Source: Deltaproteobacteria bacterium (lineage in GTDB: Bacteria; Desulfobacterota; Syntrophia; Syntrophales; JACQWR01). Taken from it: a DNA stretch of 64,000 nt. The notes beneath the pieces are model-generated. The model worked only from the letters and a program-made list of their open reading frames with translations. It searched no databases and was not told where the DNA came from. Shown in pieces: positions 51,361 to 60,013 of the stretch. Each line of letters opens with the position of its first letter. The first letter of the stretch is position 1. The stretch covers positions 41,314 through 105,313 of the forward strand of contig JACQWR010000025.1 of the NCBI GenBank assembly GCA_016209105.1. Direction: 5' to 3'. The translations under genes and the position numbers were made by a program.

Positions 51361-51513
51361 AATTTCACCCCCTTCCTGTTGTAAAAAATAATACAACAGG
51401 AGTCATCTGTCAATAGAAAATAACGGATGGATACTTGTCCCTTTTCATCATTATTTATCGGGAAATGTGTATCGGTTACCGGAGCGCGATCAGGATAGGG
51501 ATGTAATGGGGTT

Positions 51514-51861
51514 TCATTTTGTAATTACCAGGAAAGTCATTCCGCGCTTCCGGCACCAGTTCCGGGCGGCTTCATGCTTGCGTAGCGTGTCGGGATTGGT
51601 CAGATACTGCCCGCCCTTCACCTCGTGCAGTTCCACAGCGCCGTCCATCCTTTCGACAAGAAAATCGGGATGATAGCCACGCACATTCCCTGCCTCCGTG
51701 ACGTACTGGATAGCAATGCCATGATTTTTCGTCCATTTGGCAACGGTCTTGTCCTTCTCCAGGCGCTTCATGTATTGCCATTCCCAGGACGAGTCGTAAC
51801 GCTCAACGGAATATGCGCTTTTAAGGGGGTTTTCAAAATCGCCGCGCTCACTGGTCGGCAT
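51514..51861 (-). CDS. Small stand-alone PD-(D/E)xK nuclease-fold protein (TnsA-N-terminal-like)
   Basis: YHPDFLVERMDGAVELHEVKG provides PD...ExK. It overlaps the helicase gene end by 14 nt. Confidence 0.6.
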   Translation of the reverse strand: MPTSERGDFENPLKSAYSVERYDSSWEWQYMKRLEKDKTVAKWTKNHGIAIQYVTEAGNVRGYHPDFLVERMDGAVELHEVKGGQYLTNPDTLRKHEAARNWCRKRGMTFLVITK

Positions 51862-53857
51862 GTCCTGCCTCCTGCTTATAGTTTACAATGCTGGCAACCA
51901 ATCCGGGACGGTTCTTGAAGTTGGCAGCCAACCGGTGGCGACAGTTGAGGGCGTGTCGCAATTCCAAAACGCTCGCCGTGCCGACGGTTTTTTCGCCCAG
52001 CATCTTCTTGCGGACATGATCCATGAGCACGCCGTAAAGATAACCGAGTTCATGGGAGCCTATGCCTTCCTCCGCCAGGAGGTCGGCGGCTACATCTCTG
52101 ACACTGGTCTTCAAAAGCTCGGCAAGCTGGATGGGGTCGTCAATTTCACTCAGAGGCTTCCTAACGCCATAGAGCGCCGGGGCTTCACGAATCTCCCGGA
52201 AACCGGATCCGTCCAGGGTCTGCCCCACTATGCCGCTGATCTCAACGCGCGATATTTCCGTCTCCACGCCATAATCAAACTCGTCCAATATCTTTTGCCA
52301 CTTAGGATAATCGCTCGTCTCAATAGTGATATTGGCCAAATCATCGTCAAAATCGGCCTTTTCTTCTTCCAGCGGTTCGGGAAGAGGGATAAGCAGATCG
52401 GGATTGACGACGAATTGCGGCTTACGTTTGGGCGGCAGGTCTTCGTCTCCAAACAGGGTCGCCTGTCCCACGTCCTTGCGTACTTTCGCGCCGACGATAT
52501 CCCACAGCCAGTCGTGTTTGAGCTTTTCATGGTCCACGATGGCGCATATTTCCTGAAGATCCCTGTCGCGCACGTTCAGCCGGAGGCCGCGCCCCACAAC
52601 CTGCTGGCCATAAACCCGGCTGGAAAATTTGCGCAGCAGAAGGATGACCGAAACGGCAGGGACGTCCCAACCTTCGCGAAGCATGAGGACGCTGACGACG
52701 GCTTCATAAGGACTGCCGGACTTTCCCAGCTTGCGGGCGGCCTCCCGGTCTTTTTCGTCCGATTGTTCGGTGACCAGCAGGGTGCGGAGCTTGAATTGCT
52801 CTTCCAGCATGTCCCTGGCCTGCTGGGCGTCTCTGATGGTGATGGCGACGACAAAAAGGATGGGGTTATAGGCTCCTTTCGCCAAGGCGTCGGCGCGGCG
52901 TTTCTGTTCGGACAGCCGATCCAGGGCGATGCGTATCTGCTTGTGCATGGGGTCCGAGTCGGTGACCCACTGGGTTGACGACAGGCCCTTTTCGATCCGT
53001 TCAAACTCCTCGTCCATCTCGTCCACGGTGCGTTTTTCGCCCGTTTCCGGGTTGGTATAGGTGAGCTCGACGGAAGAAAGCTGGGGCTGATAAACAACGA
53101 TATTCTTGATGATCGGCGGTACTTCCGCCTGCGCGTCTGTGATGCTGTAATCGAAAATCATTTTCGTGTCCGGCACCTGTCCATCGGCGCGGTCAGGGGT
53201 GGCGGTCGTATCCAGCCGGAATTGGGAAATTTGTCTGAGGGTGAAGAGGGTGCTGTCATACTCCGCCGCCGGGGTGTTGTGCGCTTCATCGTTGAAGACG
53301 GCAATCCTCTCGTCCGCGTTCATCAGGATGGCCAGGTTGCGCTTGCCGCTGATATTGGCCTGGTACAACTGATGGATGTTGCCAAGGATGACGCCGTGAT
53401 CCCGGATGCCCTGCGGCCCTTCGCCGGGCTGCATAACGTGCAGCCCCAGGGTGTTGGCGTAATGCTCGGTGCCGGGCGGAAAGAAGCCGAAGTCGCGGAA
53501 TACCCTGGCGTCCGTAAAATCGTCTTCCAGCCGGTCGCGCACGATGGTGTTGGGGCAGAGGAGAAGGAACTTGTGAATATCGTGGCAGACCTTCAGCCAC
53601 GCCACCACCGCGCCGATAATGGCCGTCTTGCCGCCGCCCGTGACGATATTGAGCAGGAGGTCCTTCCACTGGAGCAGTTCATAGGCATAGACCGTGCGCA
53701 TGAAGGCCTCTTCCTGGTGCCGCCACAGACGGCGGGGCGCATCGGGGCGGGTGATGTGCGTCAGGAAGTCGCGGGTGAGCGGATTCACGTCCGGGAACGC
53801 CTTGGATGCCCACCAGGCACGGAAGTCCTGCTCATATGGCGCAAAAGAGTAATACAT
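51848..53857 (-). CDS. SF2 DEAH helicase, Type III restriction Res-subunit-like, without recognisable nuclease domain
   Basis: Motif I TGGGKT, motif II FNDEAHN, motif III TATP, and motif VI QQVVGRGLR. No PD-(D/E)xK motif is visible in the ~220-aa C-terminal region. Confidence 0.8.
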   Translation of the reverse strand: MYYSFAPYEQDFRAWWASKAFPDVNPLTRDFLTHITRPDAPRRLWRHQEEAFMRTVYAYELLQWKDLLLNIVTGGGKTAIIGAVVAWLKVCHDIHKFLLLCPNTIVRDRLEDDFTDARVFRDFGFFPPGTEHYANTLGLHVMQPGEGPQGIRDHGVILGNIHQLYQANISGKRNLAILMNADERIAVFNDEAHNTPAAEYDSTLFTLRQISQFRLDTTATPDRADGQVPDTKMIFDYSITDAQAEVPPIIKNIVVYQPQLSSVELTYTNPETGEKRTVDEMDEEFERIEKGLSSTQWVTDSDPMHKQIRIALDRLSEQKRRADALAKGAYNPILFVVAITIRDAQQARDMLEEQFKLRTLLVTEQSDEKDREAARKLGKSGSPYEAVVSVLMLREGWDVPAVSVILLLRKFSSRVYGQQVVGRGLRLNVRDRDLQEICAIVDHEKLKHDWLWDIVGAKVRKDVGQATLFGDEDLPPKRKPQFVVNPDLLIPLPEPLEEEKADFDDDLANITIETSDYPKWQKILDEFDYGVETEISRVEISGIVGQTLDGSGFREIREAPALYGVRKPLSEIDDPIQLAELLKTSVRDVAADLLAEEGIGSHELGYLYGVLMDHVRKKMLGEKTVGTASVLELRHALNCRHRLAANFKNRPGLVASIVNYKQEAGHADQ

Positions 53858-55503
53858 TATGTGACCTCGATGGTCTGCACGACGGTGCGTTCTCCGCCCT
53901 GGTCGTCCTGCACCGAGCAGGCAATCGTGTATTCACCGGCTTTGGGGAACGCATATTGGGCCGCCAACAGCGGCCTGCCCGTCTTTTTATCCCGTAAAAA
54001 CGAATAGCCCTGCGTGGACGTGAAACGTCCCGGCTTGTGCTTAAAATCCCACTGGACGTTGGCAATCATGCCGTCCTTGTTCAAGCTGACGGACTCCGAA
54101 ACGTCGAGCTCGTAAGTCAGGGCTTTGATGCGGCGCACCGCCACCCGCACTTCCGGCGGCTGGATAAAGCTGAGGAGGGGGGCATAGTCGCGGCTTTTGA
54201 TGACCACATGCTCGCGGAACTGGTCGTCTTCAAGACGGATCAGGTTAAGGCGCACAAAGTCTATGCGCCGGTTTTCGCGGGCGGCCAGGATTTCCGAGGC
54301 CTTGCGCGCGTCCGGGCCGAAGTTCCAGCCGAGCATGACGCCGTGATTGGCCCGGCGTTCTTCGTAAACGGCCCTGGCAAAAAGGGCAACGTCATCTCTG
54401 CCGATACGCGACCTCCGTGACGGCGCGCCGACGTAGAGCGGGACGCCGTAGCGCATGCCGTGGATGGCTTCCGTAACGCTCTCCGGCCGGCCGCCGAAGG
54501 CCTTGACGACAAACTCGCGGAACTGCTCCGCGGTGTATTGCTCCAGTTTGGGCGCTTCGTAGATCCCCCAATGCTCGATCGTAAAATCGGGAACGGGGAA
54601 CAGCATGCCGATTTTTTCTTCCACTATCTTGGCGATGCGATCGGCGGTAATGGCGACGGCAATCCGGGATTGGTCAGAGGCGACCCAGCGGCGGTTGAGG
54701 CGCTGGGCAACGGTGGTTGTGGTGCCCCCGCCGGAAAAGAAGTCGGCAACCACGTCGCCCTCGTTAGAGGAAGCCTTGATGACACGTTCAAGTAGTGGTT
54801 CTGGCTTTTGAGTCGGATAGCCGATACGCTCAAGACGATCGGAATTGTTAATCTTATCTATATCCCACACATCATCCAGAGGGCTTCCGTAGGCCATTGC
54901 TTCTTCAAGGTATCTTCTTACCCTTTGACCACCTCCGGCATCAGAAAGCACATACTCTTGTCCCTGTTCGTCTACATGCACCTTCTGTTTCCGTTTTTTA
55001 ACGTATTCGTCCTTATTCTCCCAAGGACGTTTGGGGTAGTTAAAGAGGTTCTTTTCTTGTTTTGCATAGAAAAGAAGGGAATCGTGCCTCCGTTCTAAGT
55101 GATTATCAAGTTGCTTGTTCCATCCTGAATAATGCCAGATCACTTCATTTCGGAAGTTACCGGCCCCAAAAATCTTGTCCATCTCCACCTTGACATAGTG
55201 GGCGGCGTGCCAGTCGAGATGCACATAAATGGAGCCGGTGGATTTAAGCAGGCGTTTCATCTCCCAGAGCCGCGCGTTGAGCCAGACCAGGTAGCCGGGC
55301 ATGCCGACTTCCCAGATATCGGAGAAGGAGCGCACCTCGTTCTTGTCGCCGAAGATGACGTTGTAGTTGCGGCCGGAAAAGAAGGGCGGGTCAATATAAA
55401 TCAGATCAATGCTCTCGCTCGGCAACTGGCGCAGATATGGAGGTTGTCGCCGAAAAACAGACGGTTGGCGCCCGTGGGGAAGAGTTCTTTCAGTTTGCGG
55501 CAT
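53857..55503 (-). CDS. N6-adenine/N4-cytosine DNA methyltransferase (beta-class, Mod-like) with C-terminal PKD-like domain; 5' part displaced by a frameshift
   Basis: Motif IV DLIYIDPPFF comes before motif I DFFSGGGTT. The C-terminus WDFKHKPG...YAFPKAGEYTIACSVQDDQGGERTVVQTIEV resembles a PKD/Ig fold. The TAATG junction is shared with the helicase gene. Confidence 0.8.
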   Translation of the reverse strand: MPQTERTLPHGRQPSVFRRQPPYLRQLPSESIDLIYIDPPFFSGRNYNVIFGDKNEVRSFSDIWEVGMPGYLVWLNARLWEMKRLLKSTGSIYVHLDWHAAHYVKVEMDKIFGAGNFRNEVIWHYSGWNKQLDNHLERRHDSLLFYAKQEKNLFNYPKRPWENKDEYVKKRKQKVHVDEQGQEYVLSDAGGGQRVRRYLEEAMAYGSPLDDVWDIDKINNSDRLERIGYPTQKPEPLLERVIKASSNEGDVVADFFSGGGTTTTVAQRLNRRWVASDQSRIAVAITADRIAKIVEEKIGMLFPVPDFTIEHWGIYEAPKLEQYTAEQFREFVVKAFGGRPESVTEAIHGMRYGVPLYVGAPSRRSRIGRDDVALFARAVYEERRANHGVMLGWNFGPDARKASEILAARENRRIDFVRLNLIRLEDDQFREHVVIKSRDYAPLLSFIQPPEVRVAVRRIKALTYELDVSESVSLNKDGMIANVQWDFKHKPGRFTSTQGYSFLRDKKTGRPLLAAQYAFPKAGEYTIACSVQDDQGGERTVVQTIEVT

Positions 55504-55793
55504 TGCTCGTTCTCCGCCAGGAACCGGTCATTATGCCCGAATTCCACACGCTGGACTTCCTGAAAAGGCAGGCGGATCGTGGGGTAGGCGTGCTGAAACT
55601 TGGTAACTTTTACCTCATGCCGCCGCGTCTCCACTTCCCAGCCGAGCGGAGCTTCGTCAACCGGAACCGCCCCGAATCGCGTCGGCAGTTGGAAGTGTTC
55701 TTTCTGTTCGGGGATGCTGTCTTCACCGGGCGCAGGCGGCTCGATGAAGGAGATTTCCAGTTCTTCTTCTGAGGTCGTTTTTTTGCGGGGCAT
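55401..55793 (-). pseudogene. Displaced N-terminal segment of the methyltransferase gene (different frame)
   Basis: It ends ...NRLFFGDNLHI, while the other frame continues YLRQLPSESIDLIYIDPPF. Together they form the usual xxGDNLxxLxxLPxxSIDLIYxDPPF block, which implies a 1-nt deletion near 55431-55440. Confidence 0.65.
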
Positions 55794-55934
55794 AAGCCAG
55801 TCTCTTGAAGTGGCTGGGCACAATACAACCATTACCAGTTGTCATTTTGCATATTTACTAAAGTCCGTCAACCGAATACTTCGGGAATATATCTGCCATC
55901 TCAGGCACCCTCTTTTGCCCCTCCTGTAGCCGTC

Positions 55935-55962
55935 TTGACAAGCCGGATTTTGTGACTATATT
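55935..55962 (+). promoter_or_regulatory. Sigma-70-type promoter TTGACA-16-TATATT upstream of the hsp20 cluster
   Basis: cTTGACAagccggattttgtgacTATATT. It would give a leader of about 185 nt before the ATG at 56154. Confidence 0.5.
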
Positions 55963-56153
55963 AACAGTAAAATCAGCATATAGCTAACAATATTAACAAG
56001 TTGCTTGTAAAATCTTCATCCGGTTGCGAGGGTGAATCTCTCCGGCGGAGGAAGAGAAACTCTTGGGAGAGGGGAAGCTTCGGATCTCCCAAGCCCCCTT
56101 TTCCAGAGGGGGAAATTAACGGGAGGAAAGAAAGGGAAAGGAGGTTGAGAACC

Positions 56154-56597
56154 ATGTTTAGCCCAGAAATTTGGAGGTTCGGCAGAATGATGGCGCCTAT
56201 CCCTGAGATACAGAACCTGCGCAGGGAGATGAACAGGGTTTTTTCAGGGATCAGCCAGGAGGTAAGCCAGGATTTTCCCGCGGTGAATGTGTGGGTTGGA
56301 GAGAACGATGCGATTGTAAATGCCGAGATACCCGGGGTGGAGATCGAAAAAATAGATATCTCGGTTATTGCGGATTCTCTGAGCATCAGCGGCTCCCGCG
56401 AGCCGGCGACACTGGGGGAAGGCGAGAGCTACTATCGCCAGGAAAGGGATTTCGGCCGCTTTACCCGCACCCTGCGGCTGCCGTTTAATGTTGAGGCGGA
56501 TAAGGTGGATGCCCGGTACGAGAATGGGGTTCTGTCCATAACCCTGCCGCGGGCGGAAGCGGACAAGCCGAAGAAAGTGGCGATAAAGACACAATAA
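56154..56597 (+). CDS. Hsp20/alpha-crystallin family small heat-shock protein (1 of 3)
   Basis: RBS aaaggagg. FPAVNVWVGENDAIVNAEIPGV...RTLRLPFNVEADKVDARYENGVLSITLPR. Confidence 0.9.
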   Translation: MFSPEIWRFGRMMAPIPEIQNLRREMNRVFSGISQEVSQDFPAVNVWVGENDAIVNAEIPGVEIEKIDISVIADSLSISGSREPATLGEGESYYRQERDFGRFTRTLRLPFNVEADKVDARYENGVLSITLPRAEADKPKKVAIKTQ

Positions 56598-56614
56598 GGA
56601 AAGGAGATGATGGT

Positions 56615-57016
56615 ATGGCTGAGGAAAAGAGAGAGATTCAACATCAATCCGGAACAGGTACGGCGGAAGGTGTCGTGAGGAGGATCTTTGTTCCGAAGGT
56701 AGATATATATGAAACACGCGACGCGATCGTGATCATTGCGGACATGCCGGGCGTAAGCACCGATTCCGTGGAGGTTACGTTGGAGAAAAATATCCTGACG
56801 ATCAAGGGAACGGCCCTGGCGCCGACCAGAACGGGATCATACACTGCCGTTTATGCCGAGTGTGAGCCGGGAGGAGAGTACCGGCGCAATTTCACGATTT
56901 CCAACGAAGTGGATCGCGAGAAGATTGAGGCGACGGTGAAAAATGGCGTCCTGCGCCTGACGCTGCGTAAGGCCGAGCTGCTCAAGGTCCGGAAAATAAG
57001 CGTCAAGGCTGCATAA
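56615..57016 (+). CDS. Hsp20/alpha-crystallin family small heat-shock protein (2 of 3)
   Basis: PKVDIYETRDAIVIIADMPGV...RNFTISNEVDREKIEATVKNGVLRLTLRK. Confidence 0.9.
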   Translation: MAEEKREIQHQSGTGTAEGVVRRIFVPKVDIYETRDAIVIIADMPGVSTDSVEVTLEKNILTIKGTALAPTRTGSYTAVYAECEPGGEYRRNFTISNEVDREKIEATVKNGVLRLTLRKAELLKVRKISVKAA

Positions 57017-57041
57017 CAATACAAGAAAGGAGGAAAAGAGT

Positions 57042-57548
57042 ATGGCTATCAGAAATCTTGTACCCTCGCTCTGGGGAAAAGGCAATCTCCCTGCGCGACA
57101 GGCCGGGGAATATCCTGTCTTTTCTCTCCAGCGGGAACTAAACCAGTTGTTCGATGATTTTTTCCACGGGTTCGACGTTTCGCCCTTCGGTCTTACCGAG
57201 GATCGGTTCCAGGGGTTCCTACCCTCCGTGGATGTGGATGAAAGCGAAAAAGAGGTAACCGTCCGGATCGAACTCCCCGGGATGGAAGAGAAGGATGTAG
57301 ACCTCCTGCTTACGGAGGATTCCCTTACCATCAAGGGAGAGAAAAAAAAGGAGACGCAGACCAGGGAAAAAGAGTATTATCGGATGGAGCGCACCTACGG
57401 CGCCTTTAACCGTGTAATCCCGCTTCCCGATGGAATTGATACGGGGCAGGCCGACGCGTCCTTTAAAAACGGCGTTCTTACCGTCAGGATTGCCAAGACG
57501 GCGACCGCCAAGGCAAAGGGGAAAAAGATTCCCATCAAAACGGAATAA
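57042..57548 (+). CDS. Hsp20/alpha-crystallin family small heat-shock protein (3 of 3)
   Basis: PSVDVDESEKEVTVRIELPGM...FNRVIPLPDGIDTGQADASFKNGVLTVRIAK. Confidence 0.9.
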   Translation: MAIRNLVPSLWGKGNLPARQAGEYPVFSLQRELNQLFDDFFHGFDVSPFGLTEDRFQGFLPSVDVDESEKEVTVRIELPGMEEKDVDLLLTEDSLTIKGEKKKETQTREKEYYRMERTYGAFNRVIPLPDGIDTGQADASFKNGVLTVRIAKTATAKAKGKKIPIKTE

Positions 57549-57570
57549 GCATCTTTTCGACTGTCCTAAC

Positions 57571-57607
57571 GCCCCGTTCCGGTTATGATAGATGACCGGA
57601 ACGGGGC
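57571..57607 (+). terminator. 13-bp perfect stem-loop after the hsp20 cluster (terminator/attenuator candidate, no strong U tract)
   Basis: gccccgttccggt-tatgatagatg-accggaacggggc. Confidence 0.4.
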
Positions 57608-57730
57608 AAGGATAGTGTTGGAGTATCTTTCCGGCAATGTACCTGCAATCTTCCCATATATATTTTTGCCGCTGCATCCTGAAGGGAGGAAGACGCCGTA
57701 ATATCCTTCACCCGGCGTAAAGGGGCATTT

Positions 57731-58840
57731 ATGCGTGATTATTATGAGATATTGGGAGTAAGCAGGGAAGCGAATCAGGAGGAAATCAAGAAGGCCTACC
57801 GCAAGCTCGCCTTGCAGTACCATCCCGACAGGAATCCCGATGACAAGGCCGCGGAGGAGAAGTTTAGGGAAGCGGCCGAGGCCTATGAAGTATTGTGCAA
57901 TGAAGAGAAGAGGGACATATACAATCGTTTCGGCCACGAGGGATTGAAAAACATCGGTTATCAGGGCTTCAGCGGTTATTCCGATATCTTCAGTTCGTTC
58001 AGCGATATTTTTGAAGGATTTTTCGGCTTCGGCGCCGGGGGGCGCCATGCCGAGCGTGACATTCGCGGCGCCGACATCCAGGTGGTGCTGCAGATGACGC
58101 TGAAAGAGGCGGCCCGGGGCAGGAAGACGGAGATTGAAATTCCCCGCGGGGAGCCCTGCACCCGCTGTGACGGGACGGGAGCCGAACCGGGAACGAGAGC
58201 CGCATCCTGCCCCGCCTGCGGCGGCAGCGGCCAGGTGATTCAGGGGAGTAGTTTTTTCCGCATCAGTTCCACCTGTCCCCATTGCCGCGGGACGGGAGAG
58301 TACCTGGCAACGCCCTGCAAAAACTGCGGGGGAGGCCGGAGGGTCAGGGTCATGAGGAAGATTTCCGTCAAGGTTCCTCCCGGCGTTGATACGGGTTCCC
58401 GGCTGCGTATCGCCGGCGAGGGTGAAAAAGGCGACCGCGGCGGGCCGCCCGGCGACCTTTATGTCCACATAGAACTGGAGAAGCATCCCCTGTTTGAACG
58501 GGAGGGCAGCGATATCATCTGCAGGATCCCCATCAGCATGATACAGGCGGCGCTCGGCGCGGAAACAACGGTGCCGACGCTCTGGGGGGAGGAAGAGCTG
58601 CATATTCCGCCGGGAACGCAGTACGGCGACCTGTTCCGGCTTCCTGCAAAGGGGATGCCCCATCTGAGAGGAGGCGGGCGCGGCGATCAGATCGTCCAAG
58701 TGTATGTCGTGATTCCCAGAAAACTCAGCGGCGAACAGAAGCGCCTGCTGAGGGAGTTCCAAAAACTGTCCCCCCTGAAGGAGCGGGATTTTCCCGATCT
58801 GTCTCCGGAGAGCGCGGAAAGCAATCTCCGCCACCATTGA
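57731..58840 (+). CDS. dnaJ: Molecular chaperone DnaJ
   Basis: J domain [33 protein letters not shown], a G/F region, and four CxxCxGxG zinc-finger repeats. Confidence 0.95.
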   Translation: MRDYYEILGVSREANQEEIKKAYRKLALQYHPDRNPDDKAAEEKFREAAEAYEVLCNEEKRDIYNRFGHEGLKNIGYQGFSGYSDIFSSFSDIFEGFFGFGAGGRHAERDIRGADIQVVLQMTLKEAARGRKTEIEIPRGEPCTRCDGTGAEPGTRAASCPACGGSGQVIQGSSFFRISSTCPHCRGTGEYLATPCKNCGGGRRVRVMRKISVKVPPGVDTGSRLRIAGEGEKGDRGGPPGDLYVHIELEKHPLFEREGSDIICRIPISMIQAALGAETTVPTLWGEEELHIPPGTQYGDLFRLPAKGMPHLRGGGRGDQIVQVYVVIPRKLSGEQKRLLREFQKLSPLKERDFPDLSPESAESNLRHH

Positions 58841-59016
58841 ACGGGAACGCACTCCCCATCGGCTTTCCTCTTTCATAAGCAGGAAGAAGCCGTCGGCTTC
58901 CATCCCGATCTACCGGAAGCATGTCTGCTTTATCAGCCGGAATTCGCTCGCTCGGCATTCCTCGCAGCTTGCTCAAGGAGTGTTTCAATTTTTTTTCTGT
59001 ACAATAAATCCGAAGG

Positions 59017-59400
59017 ATGCTAAGTAAACGCATCGTAAACTATGGCCTTAAAACTATGGGCGAGAGGAGAAAGTTTGAAAGGTTCGAAGTCAATGTTCCC
59101 GCCAGGCTTGAAATTCTGACGCAGGAGGGACAACCGGAAGTAATAGACCTTGAGGCCAGTAGTTTGTCGGCGGGAGGAACGCTCCTCATCAGTGGAAGAC
59201 CGGTGCCGGCAGGGTCTCCGGTCAGAATTGAGGTCGCTCTTAAGTTTGAAGAACTGAAAACGATCGAGGATCCTGAGGGAACTCTGGTGATAGCCGCCAC
59301 CGGCCGGGTGCTGAGGTCCGGGCCTGAGGGAATGGCGATTCGCTTCAACGAGGATTACGACATTACGAAGAATTTGAAGCTCATTCGAAAGGGAAACTAA
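59017..59400 (+). CDS. PilZ domain protein
   Basis: RRKFERFEV (RxxxR) and DLEASSLSAGG (D/NxSxxG) motifs. Confidence 0.75.
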   Translation: MLSKRIVNYGLKTMGERRKFERFEVNVPARLEILTQEGQPEVIDLEASSLSAGGTLLISGRPVPAGSPVRIEVALKFEELKTIEDPEGTLVIAATGRVLRSGPEGMAIRFNEDYDITKNLKLIRKGN

Positions 59401-59531
59401 ATACCACACCGGGAAACTCTGATAGAGAGAATATGATTGCGCCGCCGTGAACCCATGCAGCAAAGAGAAAAATAAGCCTCAACCTGTAGTATCGTAAGAA
59501 GCCGGTCTGCCCCACGCAAGGACCTGAAGAA

Positions 59532-59990
59532 ATGATGCCGGGTGCTGTGCTGATGTCAGAGATAAACGTCGCGCTGCTTCATTGTGATGTCGCCGATTCG
59601 GGGCTTTTGAAGATTGATCGCATCGGTTCGGGTGTCGGCATTATCATCTATGATAAGGCCCGCCATATAGGGGCGGGACTTCATTTTCTTGCTCCCTATT
59701 CCAGGGACAGTAAACCCCACAATCCTTTCATGTACGCCAATACGGCAATTCCCCATGCCCTTGTCGAGATCAACCGAAAAGGCGGGAGTGCCCCTTTTTC
59801 TGTGGCTGTTGCAGGCGGCGCCGCTATGCTGAAGAAGCAGACAGAGGAGGGTGCAGGAAGGCAAATCTTAGAGGCTGCCAAAGAGGCCCTGAATAACTCC
59901 GGTCTTCAGATCACGCTTGAAGAGACGGGCGGCAACAGTATCCGTTGCATGGTTTTGGATATTGACGCCGGAAAAATCAAGATCATCTGA
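59532..59990 (+). CDS. CheD-like protein lacking the catalytic cysteine
   Basis: It aligns by eye to CheD (GAGLHFLAP, YANTAI, VAGGAAML, ETGGNSIR). The GSC nucleophile position reads IGSGVG. Confidence 0.65.
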   Translation: MMPGAVLMSEINVALLHCDVADSGLLKIDRIGSGVGIIIYDKARHIGAGLHFLAPYSRDSKPHNPFMYANTAIPHALVEINRKGGSAPFSVAVAGGAAMLKKQTEEGAGRQILEAAKEALNNSGLQITLEETGGNSIRCMVLDIDAGKIKII

Positions 59991-60013
59991 AACCCCACAG
60001 AAGGGAGGCAGAA

